Origin: Psilocybe cubensis
Taxonomy: Eukaryota
Direction of reading: 5' to 3'
Assembly: GCA_017499595.2 (NCBI GenBank)
Contig: CM039003.1
Span: 1,426,001 to 1,490,000, forward strand
DNA length: 64,000 nucleotides
Shown: piece after piece, positions 37,701 to 51,417 of the stretch
Position numbering within the stretch: position 1 is the stretch's first letter
Layout: every line of letters starts with the position of its first letter
The notes under the pieces: model-generated
The model's database searches: none
What the model saw: only the letters and a program-made list of their open reading frames with translations
What the model was told of the DNA's origin: nothing
Made by a program: the position numbers and the translations under genes

Positions 37701-39979
37701 GCCTACATCGCCTTTGAGCAACGGTGAGTACTTCTTGTTTGGGGTTTATGAATGTATTTTGGTTGATACTCGTACTCATCCTTTGCCTGTTTTTGTTTTT
37801 GTTTTTGCGATCTATTTGTAGCGATCCTCAATATCGGGAGGAATAGCAGTCAAACGTCGTTTGCCCGTGTTGGGAAGGAGTCGAAGCAGAACATCTTCAA
37901 GCATAGCATCAAAGCATCTATAGGTAACTACCCCATTTCCTTTCCTTTCCTTTCCTTTCGAACACACACACACACACACCCCGGCGTCCCGTCCAACCAA
38001 ACGCATTTACCCCTTTCCGGCAATAATTAAAAATACACATTTGCACAGAAAGCTGACGACATACTTTTTTTTTCTTTTCAGATAAAACGGTGCAGTTCTA
38101 TAAATCGTCGACGCTGGGCCAGGCTGCTGCTGCTGCTACTTCTGGAAGGTCCACTCCGGCGCGCGGGTTCTCGTTTGACGTAACTAGGCCCAGTAATAGT
38201 GAGGTTAAAGTGTCGACGAAGGAGGGTAAAGAAGTGGCAAATGCGACTGCGAATGCGAATGCTTGGGAGGATGAGTTGGTGGATGAGAGTGAGTCATTCT
38301 TTTTCTCTTTTCTGTTCGTTTTCTGTAAAGTCGATCGATGGTGGGATACGAAGGTTCGATGCTTCTCCCGCGTTTTCTTTTTCTGTGATGGGCGCTTTTT
38401 ATTGGCTTCTTGGGGTGACCTGACTCGGTTGTCTCTGGAAGTGCGCGCGCGATTTGGTTTTCGTTCATAAAGAGGCGTGTTGCGAGGCGTTTTACTTGGA
38501 CATGAGCTGACGGTTTTACTACCTTTTCTTCTTCATATGCCTATAGTTAACTCGCCACTGCCGTCGCCGCTGCCTGTCATCAAGAATGCTGCTGAGAGCG
38601 AGCAGATCGCTGCTGACTCGAGGATGGACAGGATGACCATCTGGATGCGCAACGTCGAGAGTATGTCGTGTCTTTTGCGTAGTGCCGAGGTTGTTGCTCA
38701 TTTCTTATAAATAATCAGAGGTAGTTGAAGACGCGAAACAGAATTTCGCTGCGTCGTCGTCGCCCAAGGATACACCTCTACCTGCCCTGCCTCTTCCTCT
38801 CTCCCGAGGCCCATCTCAGAACAGGACGTCGCGCCTGCCGCGCCGCGTCCTAGCCGCCAGCCAAATTTTCCAAGCGGACGAGAATGGCAATATCTCGCCG
38901 ATGGTGGATCAGAGCATGGTGTCCACTTCCAACTCTGTGTTCTTCCGATCCTCTGGCGACGCGTCGAAAGCGAGCATTGGACGAGCGCCGACGCCCAGCT
39001 CCGCGCCACCGCAGCAGCAGCCTACTACACCTGCGAAACGGACCTCGCCGCTTCCGGATGAAGGCTCGAGTAGGTTTGTTATACCGGAGATTCATACGCC
39101 TTCGAGGCAGAGACGCGCGACTGTGTCGACGCGCTCGCCGGAGCCTAAGCGCGCTGCTAGCCCTGTGGCGGATGATGCTGAGGGCGTGTCGCCTTCGAAG
39201 AGGAAGGAAAAGTCAAAGTCGCATGGGAATTTGCTGCAGAGGCATATCGTGGCGCCGATCGCACTGCTTGAGGCAGAGCTTGAAAAAGGTGCGTGTGTTT
39301 TTGTTGGTGTGCATGATCTCTATACTCATCTCATGGTCGATGCTTTCCAGTTCCTCCTCCCGAGCCTACTCCTCGCCTTTCGGAGGTGCTGGATAGGAGC
39401 TTGTTCATCAGTCCTATGGTGAGGTCGCAGGACGACCTGCTGGATAGGACGCTGGAGAAGCACAATGATGTGTCGCTGGACGATCTGCATGCGTCGCCGT
39501 GCCACGTCGAGCCGTACCCGCAGCGCGCGCGCAACAGCCACGACGTGTCGATCCCGGACACACCCAGCCGGCACCGCATCGAGGGTGTATACGACCGCTT
39601 CCTCATGGCTACCTCCGGCGTCAAGCGTCTTGGGAAGGGGTACCAGTCGGATAACGTGGGTCCGGTAGGGAACAGCGGTCATTCTGGCACGGGTCTAGGG
39701 CCACAGCATAACCAGCAGCAGCAGAGCAAAGGGCGCTCGTTTTACTCGACGAGGAGGCCGATGCCTGCGCCGGTGTCGAGCGAGGATTCGCAGCGCCGCG
39801 CGGCGTCTGTGGATGAGTTGGGGTTGTTTGGCCCGATGGATCCAGTCAGTGGCCCGGTGTCGGCGAATTGTGCGAAGGAGCAGTCGACGGGTGCGACGTC
39901 GACGCTGATGCGTAAAGCGATGAAGCTTATCGCGCCTAAGGCTAATGCCTCTAAACGGTTGTCGCGAGTCGTGGGCTGA
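34800..39979 (+). CDS. Ser/Thr protein kinase (non-RD) with a very long low-complexity C-terminal tail
   Basis: IGFGNWGSVW (Gly loop), AVK, HNDIKPANIL, DFGFA, GTPEYLSPE and DVWSLG. The tail is spliced through to SKRLSRVVG* at 39979. Confidence 0.9.
37345..37548 (+). repeat. GA-rich low-complexity coding repeat encoding an E/R-rich charged helix
   Basis: (GAGAGG)-like repeats translate as REWERERERLREMERLEEIERERDE...ERERR. Confidence 0.85.
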
Positions 39980-41009
39980 TTTTTTTCGGATTTGGCCACG
40001 TCGCGCGATGATGTCTGGTCTGTTTTCTTTTTTTTGGCGGACACAATTCCTCGGTGTCGTCTCTGTGTCGTGCTCCATTTGTTCTGGTTTTTTCTCTGTT
40101 CATATTTCCTCGCATCTCGCATCTCGCATATATGCATCACATTTCATTTCATTTCATTATTTCTCTTCTGTTCTGGTCCATCAATCTGTGACACTTTCAT
40201 ACAGTCTCAGTTTCTTTTCTTTTTCTTCTTTTTTCTCGATTATGCTATCCCTCACTCGACGTGCTTTCAATTTGTTCTCGAAACATCGCTATCCTACAAA
40301 CCAAAACTTTGCTCTGCTGTCTAACTAACTATCTATCGTCCTCTTTTTTAAAAAAAACCTTGCTTTCTTCACTATACTTCCTGTTTTCTTTTTTTCCTAC
40401 TTTTTCTTCATGTTTTTTTACGTTCCTCGTCTGTCCTTTCCGCCATCCGTTTTGTTTTCTTTTACTTCCCAATCCCCGATTGTACACTATGTACATACAC
40501 CCACCCCACCCCGTACACCCCCGCACAGGGTACACCCACACCCACATCTACGCGGCACCCTGCGACGCGACGGTCTTTCACGACTTGCTCACGACTCACG
40601 ACTTTTGATCGATCTATAACGAGTCACCACTGCCCCTTCAACGAACGGCCAGTCCCGAATCTCATGATAGTTACGAATCTCTCTTTTACTCGTTTACTCA
40701 GACTTTTTTTTTACTGTTACGTGTGTCTGTTCTTTTTCAATGTATATTTACGTCTCTGTTATGCAATGACATTGCTTTGTTCATGATGACTGGAAAACTG
40801 TCGACCAAGTTCATTTTTATCAAATTTTTTATGTCAGTGAGCCTTTGAAACGTATGAATAGGGGCATTGTGTGGTTGTGACCTTGGAAGCAAACAAAGTT
40901 ACGCGACCGAGTCAACATTTTCCAAATTGAAAGGAATGAAAAGCGCTCAAGTGCAATCTATCACTAAACTCAAAGCCCGCGTCAAGATAACGCAATATAC
41001 TGCTCGGGC

Positions 41010-42740
41010 ATGGACGATAACCTAGAAGCCCCTTCATCTCTTCCTCCAAAAACGCCTCTCGGGGATCTCCCACCAGACGCGGACGAAGATCAATCCTCAG
41101 ACGAAGAAGATGGCGGCTTGGACTGGACAAAGCTACTGTAATATCTGGTTTCATTTTGTTGCACTTTCAGACACCCAACTCATCTCATTTCATCTCGTTT
41201 CATATCTTATATCTGATGCTCCTACATACATACATAAAGCCCTGCGGCGGCACGACCTGTTATCCCCAAACGCGGCGAAAAGGAATTCGAACCGCGTCAG
41301 GGCGGCGGAACGAATCTGCAATTGCACGTCCTTGATCGGTCGAGGAACGCGATGTTCGAGACATTACGCGCTACACGGACTATATCCAGGTGAGTCCACG
41401 TAACATTTTCCCGTATCGTTCGGTCAGGTAGCTAATGTCGCTCGATGATACCTTTAGCAAAGTTGTCAGCTATGCGACTTGGCATGCAGATATTGGGCGC
41501 ACGCACGTTACAGTTGCCCGTGGTATCCATTTCTCGAATATGGGGCATTCTGCTCCTAGATCAGTCCTCGGCGAAGACGGCACAGCTAAAATTCAAAAAC
41601 GATTAGAACTGCTCCCAGAAGAAGCGATATATCTAATCGAACGAGGCTCTCTTTTTTGTTGGAAGGATATTGATTTGGATATGGGGATCATCCCAGGGAT
41701 GACCGAAATCAATGGGTCTCCCATGAGCGTGCAGCAGGCTTTTAGTGAAATGATTGGCCGTGAGGATCTGACTCTGGAGAAATTTCAGGTTCGTGATCTA
41801 CGCTCTCGTCTTCAAATGTGTTTTCTGACTCTTCCTGTAGGTTTACTCCTACCTTAAGAGGCTGGGATATGTTGTGACTCGAGCAACTCCGCCTGATACA
41901 TATTATCCTGTCCCACCGCCTCGCACAGTGTCCAGTCCAACGTCCTCCATCTTGACTCGTATAAAATCTCTATTTCCTCTCTGGGTTTCCTCCATTTCAC
42001 GCACTCTCTTTGGTGGGTTCAATTGGTGGAGACCTGTTGGCATAAGTCGCTGGTTCAGCTATGATAAAAGCTACCGTGAGTGTATATACTACAATAAATT
42101 TACAACATCAATTCAGACTCACAAAATAAACTCTAGCATCACTCTTCCGCGCCATGCGTTTCCTCCCGGCGGGACATGGTGTGCCTCTCAACACTGTTGG
42201 CCAAAAGAAATCAACACCCTATCAAATCTTTTACAACCTTTACAAGCCATCAACCCCGTTCAAAAAATCTGCTCCTCCCCCTCCTGATTTCCAGATTGTA
42301 GTAATCAAGTTCGTGAACACATATAATTATCTGCTCCAGACAATCAGCTCATGCTGCTCTCTTTATTTTCTAGTGCCCGAACTACCCCCATGCCGACATT
42401 GCAAGAACTGACAGACTTATTTGACGTCCTTCCAGAATCACCTCTACCTCCTCCTCGACAACGACGACCGCCGCCCGGCACTACAGCCAACGCACCTTCA
42501 CCTCCAAAAATTGAGCCAGTCGTAACCCCGGCACCAAAACCTTCATGTATGCAAAGAGTATTCCCATGGATCTTCCCAACACCACCGCCCATCGCAACTA
42601 CACCTGCGCCTCGAAAACTAAACCCTTTCATGGCCCTGAAGACAGGGAAAAAGATAATCGTCATTGCCGCTGTTGATGCCAGCAACATCAGCTTCTTTAG
42701 GTTCGGCCAGGGGGAATTCACTGAATGGCCCATGGTGTAA
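41010..42740 (+). CDS. SEN54: tRNA-splicing endonuclease subunit Sen54
   Basis: IPKRGEKEFEP, ARGIHFSNMG, LELLPEEAIYLIERGSL, QVYSYLKRLGY, YNLYKPSTPFKKSAPPPPDF and IVIAAVDASNISF. Confidence 0.92.
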
Positions 42741-43125
42741 GAACGCTACGCCGGATAACCTCATCCACAAGTCCGGTGGTGATGATGATCGAAATGTTGT
42801 GATCAATTTTCGTTATTTACCTGAATAACCAAGGCCGAGACACCACCGCTAATTCACGCTTTGGTATCTTTCAACTTCTATGCATTGCATGCGACAGGGC
42901 GTGCGACTACAGGTATACGTGATAATACAACGGCGGCGGCGATTATAAAATGCTACAATGATGGATCTCTACTGCTATATGTAGTGATTGGTGTACAAAG
43001 GGCGGTCAGGCTAGGGTCCATGGATGATTGGTATGTAACTAGGAGCAGCAGAAGCAAATTGTCCATGCGGGATTCTGCCTTTTCCATCTATTGTTGGCGT
43101 CAGAAAAAACTGTTTGTGGGAATTG

Positions 43126-45324
43126 TTACCAAACATTCGATTGTACTCCAAGATACTCGGTGCCCGTGAAAACGGTCGTCTGAGGCTTTAGCGCTGCACT
43201 GGCGGTTGGAGCGTGTTCTACTCCATCTACGAATTGCTCAGCATAGTACTAACGCCAATGTTTATGAGATGCTACGAACTTGGGAAATTGCCACCATTGA
43301 GCTGCGCTTTGCGGATAGCCTCCTGCAGAAGCTCGTTCGCATTTTCTGGCACTGTGGACAGGATTCCAATGCGGGGCGGGTCCACTGATGGATGTGTCAA
43401 GTTTCCGAAATGGAATGCAACAATATTTCTAGAGATGAACCGATGAGTTGTTGGAAATTGACCCTACGAATCATGACACCGAAACCCACGATCTAAAAAA
43501 TGGTGTCCCAAGACTCCAGCGAAAGAGGGCCCCAATGGAAGGAGGATCTGTGGGCACGAGATTGTCCGCCTGGCAAGCGACTGCGTTGTCTGGATCTAAT
43601 TGACTGATGAAATCTCTAGGGTCGATGGGAAACATCTGCAAGTTCTCCGTTAAATTGTGATATCTTATGTCGAACAAGTGAATTTTCTTTTGCATACCTT
43701 GCCACCAATCTGGAATGCAAGCGAATGTGGGATATGACATGGAAGCTCCGCAACTGGGTATTCGTCAGTCCGGTGAAACGCCTGTGAAACTGATCCTAGG
43801 ACATTGGACACCACATCCTCTGGCCCTCTCAACACCGAGTTTCCCTGTATGTTGTTTTCAGCATCGTGAATAGTAGTATTCATGTACAAAAATCATGTAC
43901 CGTGTCAATAAGAGCTGAGACTCGATGACTATCAACACCGTTAGCTGGAATAGTAGAATCTGGCAATCTCTTGCCGTCCAGGAAAACACCATCGATGTCG
44001 ATTTCCCACCGACTAAACAGCGACATGTAAATTTGCAGTATGCACACCAAAAATTCTTCACGCACTATGGATATATCTAATAAAATTTTTGAGCAATGAT
44101 TTTGGCAAAAGAAAGGGGTTATTCGCACCTCTCCAGGAGCAAATGAGGGGGCTATTAAACCGCCCTCATCAGGTGAGTACAACCTGACGGGCACCCAAGT
44201 CAAGGTGGAATTGTCGATTCCCTCTGGAAGTTGTCCAATGGTAAGAGCACCTCGGCCGCTGGTGTCAATAGCAGTCCTTTGAGATTCGATCTATCTCCCA
44301 GATAAGCTGAATTAAAAATGTCATGGACAATGTGGTACAGTACGCACGGTAAACATTGGGTGATGTAAAGCACCACTTGCAGCCAGCCGCGAAAGTATTG
44401 GACCACTAGCAGGTGTCGCTTCTACAAAATGATCTGTTTGTACAAGGGCGCCAGTCTGTCGAGAATGCCTATCATGAGCCAGACGTACACGGTACCGCAA
44501 CAGATAACAGTCACCTTTGCAGAGACTTCCTCTTGGATACGACTTCATGAAGTTACAAATAACCAACTAAAATTAGAAGCACATTTCAAATTGAAAGCTA
44601 AATTTACATTACCTCGCAATGGGAAAGCTTAAACCAAAGATCCCAGATACCTCCGCAGTGGATTCCAAGATATGGTTGGTTGTATCGTCAATTACTGCAA
44701 ATGCCTGGTCGAGCATAGTTATGCCTGCAACCGACGCCTTATCAAAGGCCACAGTTCCGAAGGCGTACGCACTTGTCGAAGAATCGCCGTAATGCATGTC
44801 AACGTCAATGCCAGATGACACGGAACTGAAACTCATGTATCTGCTGCCGTTTGCACGTTCGCAGGAATTTAAATGGCAATTTTCGGAGAGGACCCAAAGG
44901 TCGCTGGATCCAGTATCTGTGAGACACAAAATGTCAGAATAAGGGTCGAGCGTAACGTAATTGAAGAAAGCATTATCATCTACGCACCTAGTTGAAGGGC
45001 GAACGTTTTCTGACCCAACTGAACCGGGACCGTGTACATTCTGAAAGCGCATTTCGGGATACTGAGAATACGCTGAGGTGTATTGACTTACAAGTCTATG
45101 AAATTGCCCAACCCCACGGAGCCACTAATTGTGCTAGCTCCGTCTCCAATTTGTATCCTTTGAGACCTCTCATTGGTCATGTTCAGAGGGTTGATAGGTG
45201 AACATTGGGTGGTCGAGTGGCCAAACAGGTACTGTGCTCCTACAAGGGCAACCAATTCGAGGATCCACGAGTACTGAATCACATAAGTTGAAATAAGTCC
45301 GGCATAAGTAAAGCCTTTAAACAT
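43126..45324 (-). CDS. Pepsin-like (A1) aspartic protease, probably secreted; 3' end uncertain (a further exon to ~43000 is possible)
   Basis: Both catalytic motifs are present: DTGSSDLWV and IDT|GNS. Also the flap MHYGDS, GIFGLSFP and WSLGTPFFR. Confidence 0.9.
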
Positions 45325-46203
45325 TCCAGATGTTCGATAGATATTGAGAGTCGATTCGAGTCGTTAATAAACCTTGTTTTGAGACCTAGGGTACCAGCTA
45401 GGAGAGGGGGTTATAAAGGCGCACAGCGCAGTCGTGGTCCTTGAAGGTGGGGTTAAAGAAGGAACATCAGTTGCTATGAGGTACATAATAAACCACAGGA
45501 CTATTCATGGAGAAAAATCTATAGACTTATTGAGAACTCGGTTGAAATTTTCCAAGATTACACCACATACGTGATTTGGATTTGATGGAATCAAGGGCCT
45601 CTCAGTTCTATGACATTGGATCGAGAGATTCACTGCATTGGTTTGGTGAGTAATATTAAATGAATGGGTGAGATGACGATATCTCAAAACACCCTTTGAT
45701 GATTTGCCAATCATGAACTCCGGTGCGCGCTGATGACTGCTTGGTCGGTTGAGGTGTTCTTCTTTCTCACGGCGGTTAACGCGGATAAGCTATTCGATAT
45801 GCTAAAAGCTCATTACAGATCCTGACGATGATAAGTAGATAATTTGAACTGGATTTAATGAAGCATGACTGCGCATGAGCGAACCTTTGTGATATGCCAA
45901 CAAAACAAGGCAATGCTCGATGTACGTATATAGTTTGAAACCCGCCCAAAAGATAAGTAGAGTTCAATCATCAATTTGTGCCGGTGCCATGTGCTATTTG
46001 CGCGGGCGGCACTACGGACAAATGGAACTGAGATAGATAAAGTGAAGTTGAGCACATATTGTAGATGGATCATCATGGGTCAAAGTATAACTCGCGTTAT
46101 TTTGAGAGGATAAACAGATCCAACTTTGAGTCTGGGTAAGGTATCGCATAGACAAGATCTTGAAGAAATATTTAGTAAACAATATAACATATTCTTCCAC
46201 CCC

Positions 46204-48778
46204 TCAGAGGTAACAAGAGAATCGCGGTGATTTTGGATTCCATCCAACTAAATATCAGCGGAGCAATAAATTATACAACGACCAAGTTTTGATAGAAAAA
46301 AAACATACCACAGTGCCAACAGTCAAGAAGGTGATCGGGATCGCTACACGGTTAACCAGTGTTCAATTTGCGAAGCACTAACGCGGTAGATAGATCGACC
46401 AACTCACTACTTCGCTTTGATACGCAATAGCTCCGGGTAGTGACTCCCCCAGAAAGCAACTAGAAGAAGGTAACGATTTCAATGCGCAGTCTGATACGCA
46501 TACAATTGTTGGTGGTCAAATACTTACCTTCGTGATTTGGTTCATACGTATCAGCCTCGTTCTGATGACAGAGGTTGTTAGCTTTGCTTCAATTGAGTAC
46601 AAGTTGTATACGTACGAAATAAGCTGCATCTGGGGTTATTTCGCGCAAATGATCAATAGACGCGCTCGCGGATTTGTATTGAGCGCTTTTTTCCTCCTTT
46701 GTCGCATTCCAACCCCAAGGGGCAATGGTTGTTACATGATACAGACTTGAGCGCCAGGCCTCAGTCACACTTGTCTTTCCATAGGACGGAACTGACGCTG
46801 GTGTCGTCATGAGAATAATTAAACCAGGAGTTTCTGCGTCAGTCGCAAGCAAGGCAGCGGTTAACTCTTGTCGTTTCTCCGGAGTGTCAAAATTAGATTT
46901 GCTTATCAGGCGTGAAGTCAGCGCCAGACTTGATCCAACTGTCTGAAAAGATAAGAAAATTAGTTGCGCTGTTGTTTCGGTATAATTTTGGAAGCCACTC
47001 ACTGCAACGAAGTCTTTCGTGAACGCATCAAAAAAATTTCCCCAGGATGGAAATTCTGTGAGGATTATTTTGAGTCCTGGTACTCGCATACCTTGTAGCC
47101 TTTCGCCAAAAGTGATCAAGACAGAAAGACTTTGTTCTGCATCCTCTTTGCTAAGTTTAGGATTGACCATGACCACAACAGACGACATAGAAAGGCCTCC
47201 CCAGCCATCGGTGGACCACTGCACGCTATTGTTCACCATGATGGACCACAGCTCTTGGGTAAGAGTGCGATTTGAACTAAATTGCAGTATGAATGTCTGC
47301 ACCGTAACCCGTGGTGACGCTAGAACTGTTGCCTCCATTACCACACCAAATGTCCCTCCACCACCTGAGCTATTGCCATGAGTTTCATGACGATCTCAGG
47401 AACTCGTACCAACGTACCACCACGGAGCGCGAAGAAGAGGTCTTTGTTTTGGCATTCATTGGCGACTCTGTATTTTCCATCCGGTGTCACGACTTTGTAT
47501 TGAAGCTTTGGTTTTATGCGCAAGATTTAGTAATATGGTTATCTTAAAAGTATATACTCACTACTCGATCAACGCCAAGTCCCATTGTGTTTGATAGAGG
47601 GCTGTGACCGCCTCCCTGTTTAAGATCAACATGAGCTGGGATATAAATTTGTTCAAGATATTTATTTTATACCTGTAACCATCCTCCTACAGCGCCTACA
47701 GCCTTATCGGAACCTGATTTACCCATCAGTACACGTATGAGGTGGAAACGATTCTGAAATATCATTTACCGCCCACAACAGTGACGTTGTGTTTCTCTGC
47801 AAATGAATACGCCTCTCCCCATTGTACGCCAGCCTGATAAGCAGCATCATTCAACCGAAAGACTCAGCACACAGTGAAATTCACATACCCCAATCGTCAT
47901 TCCAGAGTGCACATCTGTACACCTTTCTGGTGTAAACCGGGAACTATATGTTATCTTATGGCATATCCATATCATTAGATACTCGAGTCACTGGATAATG
48001 AAGTGGTGCAATTACGTTTTTGAGCCCGTGTGTCTGTTACAAAATGAAAAATTGGGATGAGATACCAGAGCCGCAGTAAAGATGACTTTGCTAACCCATA
48101 GCTGAAGAGAACCAGGGGCACTACTTCGCCCATTATAATCATGCTAATGAACACACCCGCCATCTGAGCAATATCCGTGAAGCTAGTTCTCAACTTAACG
48201 ACTTACCCCTGTATTTTTAATCACCAATGGAATCTTGGTTGCTCGAGAGAAGTCAAAGGCGGCGGTAATATCTGTCGATTTTTGGACCTCAATCTGAATA
48301 AATACGATTCCGAAATGAATTCCAATGCTTGGAGCATAGATCCAATAACGTTACCCACGTAGTGTGTTGAGACGCTACCTTGCGAACAATTTTGTCCAGA
48401 TATATGCGTCACATTTGGCGCAAGGGGGTCTATAAGGCACCCTGAACTTGTACTTTGACAAGTCTCCCATTGTAGCTGAATGTATGCGGCTGGATTTTCG
48501 GTACGCGTAACTATATGCATACAAGTTTAAGGAAGAAGATAGAATGATGACATGTAAATACCTTCGTCTCTGTAATCGTTCATGACTCGAATACAATTAG
48601 GGGAATTGAGTGGTAGAGAAAAGCACGGTGCCGCGAAAGGCTTCAGCTGGAACAATCGTCCTTCGACTTGGTCGTTGAGTTTATTCCATGCCGAGTGGAT
48701 TTGTGTGAGTCTCTGCTGATTATCAGCAGCAGCAAATGTAACCAACGCAAAGGCAGAAAGAGTATAGCCAAGTTGCAT
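46204..48778 (-). CDS. Secreted FAD-linked oxidoreductase (berberine-bridge-enzyme-like, FAD_binding_4 + BBE)
   Basis: Signal peptide, KNTGHDYNGRS (FAD-linking His), GGWLQGGGHSP, DLFFALRGGGGGTFGVV, NEAD and KYDP..LLDCWHC. Confidence 0.92.
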
Positions 48779-49502
48779 TGCAAGGGTGACTGTCGTTTTC
48801 CTATCAAATATGCAAGGTCATTTATATTCCAATCTTTTCGTGTTCAAGTCCTTTAGTATCGGCGATGTCGTCTCATGTCTTCCTCGGTAGAAAAGGTTTA
48901 ACCAGAGCGCTGGGATGAGTAGTGGAGAACAATCGTGCATACGGGAGCTCGTTTTCTCCAAATCATTCTAGGGTCACAGGAGGTGCGTGACCATCTCGGT
49001 CCAACCAGGTGATGGCAATCGCAAAAACAGAACACAAGCGCTCGAGCATCCATTAGAGTTTATGGTAGACCATAGGCTTCACTCTGCCACATTCAGCCTA
49101 ATGACAGGTTTCTGCATCAAGTCGGCCGCCAATTCAAGATGAATTGTGACTCGGATGCCGAGATTCAGAGACTGAGAATCATTGAAGCTCTTGGTCCAGG
49201 GGCATGACACGCAGGGTAATACATCAATATCAGCCATAGCCTATTCTTGTTTCTTGATCGTGAAAAGGGTGTGCAGTCGAAAATGTTAGAAACTCTGCCA
49301 AATCGGATGGCCATTTCTGCGTGATGTTTAGACCTGCGTTGGACCTGCGACAGGTTCTCGTATGAGGTCGCCGTGTGACAATATGTCACTAGAGCTTGCG
49401 AGCGTGACTAGATAGGGGTATAAGGTTTGTCCACCCCTGTGCACCCACACTATTTCTGAAAGCCCTTATTCACATCTCATCCAACATCCGATATCCCCAA
49501 AC

Positions 49503-50980
49503 ATGCGGCGTGGATTTCTCAACAGCTCCAAAGCGAAAATTCGATCTCTATCCACTCAGAATCAAAATAATGGCGAGATTCCGATTCCTGTAGATGCTGA
49601 TGCTCCTCAAAGTATGCACTACTGGTCATCCCTGAGCGATATCTGTGATCCCTCGTCGACGCCGTTCCTAATATGACTAAAACAGACAGGAAAAAATTTG
49701 AACTACCCTATGGCAAAGTGGAAAATACTGGTCAGGCCTATATCATTATTGTGCGCAGCTGTACAAAATCATGACACTGGTTTTCTTCGCACTGCAGCAC
49801 CCCCAGAGGGCTTTAAGCTGCAGGAAATGGTGGCCAAAAAATCGGACGCACTTAAAACTGATTATTCTAAGGATGCAATAGTAGTGACCACCATCCCTTC
49901 TGTAATCTACGGGGATCCGCCTGATCCTGACGGAAACAGTGAATGGATCGTCATGGGCCCGACCAAGCAACTTGTCTTGAAAGCGCCGGGATATCCACGT
50001 GCTGTACCCAAAACGACTGGCTTACCAGCGTATGAGGTGCGCTTGACGCAGGACATGGGATTTGGAATTTTTGCCACTCGTGATATCGAAGTGGGCGAAC
50101 TGATTTTCGCTGAACGACCACTGCTCGTCATGCCGGTGAATTTCAAGTTACTTGCTGCGGATGTACCTCTCCCAGATAATTTTGAGGATATTCATGCCAC
50201 TCAGATGGCGATATTGTTGCAGAGCGAGAAGGTTATTGAATATGCAGTGGCCAGGATGACTCCAGGGAATCAGGAAGCGTTCAAGGCGCTTGCGAATATG
50301 CATACAGAGGACGGGAGTGGGCCGCTCGCGGGTATTGTCCGCACAAATGGATATCTTATTGATTCCCTCTACGATGGCGAAAAACTAGTTGACCCGCAAC
50401 AGAATGGCTATATTGGGGTATGTAATCTTGGGTCTCGTATAAATCACAGGTGCCTTATGTCTTTGATTTTTTTGTGCATTACTGTACTGAAAGGTTGACG
50501 TAAAGCTGCATGCCCAACCTCGATACCGTATTCTCTGTGGCCTCTTTTTCGTTCCAGTTTAGGGCATCACGAGACATTGAGGCCGGAGAACAGCTTTTCT
50601 ACGGGTATTGCGACGATGCTCTCACTGCAGTTGAGCGAAAGGCCAAACTCGCGCGGTACGCCGTTGTTTGCTCGTGTGCTGCATGCATCCACGCGACGCC
50701 GCAGACCGACCGATTGCGGCAAGAGTACGAAGGTCTCATCGACGGGCTCCATAACCATTTGAAAACCTTTCCCGAAGACAAAACCTTCGATAACTCTGCT
50801 CTTGAACGGCTCTTGGAAATCCAGAAGATGTTAATCAAGGAGGGTTTGCATGGAACGAAGAAGTACGGGCTCTTTCTCGGGGTGTTGTCGCGTCTGTATT
50901 TGAAGCTGGGTCAGTACGATAAGGCTGAGGTTTGTTTGAAGAAGCTTAAGGGGTATCATAATCTTTCGTACGTTGACTGA
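49503..50980 (+). CDS. SET-domain protein (SMYD/SET5-like lysine methyltransferase)
   Basis: MGFGIFATRDIEVGELIFAERPL, RINHSCMPN, RDIEAGEQLFYGY, post-SET CSCAAC and a TPR-like helical C-terminus. Confidence 0.9.
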
Positions 50981-51417
50981 CTTGCGGACTGTTGAACGTT
51001 GAAGGACGGTTCGTTCAGTTTTAGTCATATAGGTCACTCTCGTTCGTTTGGTCTCTTCTTCTCTTTGACCTTTATTCATTAATTTTCTTTCCATCCTCAT
51101 GATTCCTTTCGTATCATTATTTTGCCTTCATGTAGATGTTTACACTTGTTCTCAATAGTGTCCATCACTACACTTAAGGTAGAACAATTATAGTTATTTT
51201 CTTTCAGTCACTGAGTGTCTAACACTATGCTTAAGCTCTCAAAAGGAATTCTGAATGACTGTCCAATTGAAAAATTGCCGTCATATTATGGAGACAAAAC
51301 TTACCCAAGCTGCTACACAAATAGAATTTTTAATCTTCGCATTTTTCTGTGAAAGTACACCTTCTATATTTCTATTTGATGTGTGCTTGACAATATCTAA
51401 GGATCCGATTCGGCAAT

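Noticed and set aside
36907-37779. 290-aa minus-strand ORF rich in Pro/Leu
   Set aside because: Antisense of the GA-rich kinase exon; low complexity.
38290-38547. Long kinase intron as a possible snoRNA host
   Set aside because: No canonical C box (RTGATGA) paired with a D box and terminal stem.
20154-42740. Apparent RNA-processing cluster (DcpS, GCFC2, CET1, SEN54)
   Set aside because: Interspersed with unrelated housekeeping genes; such density is expected in a core region.
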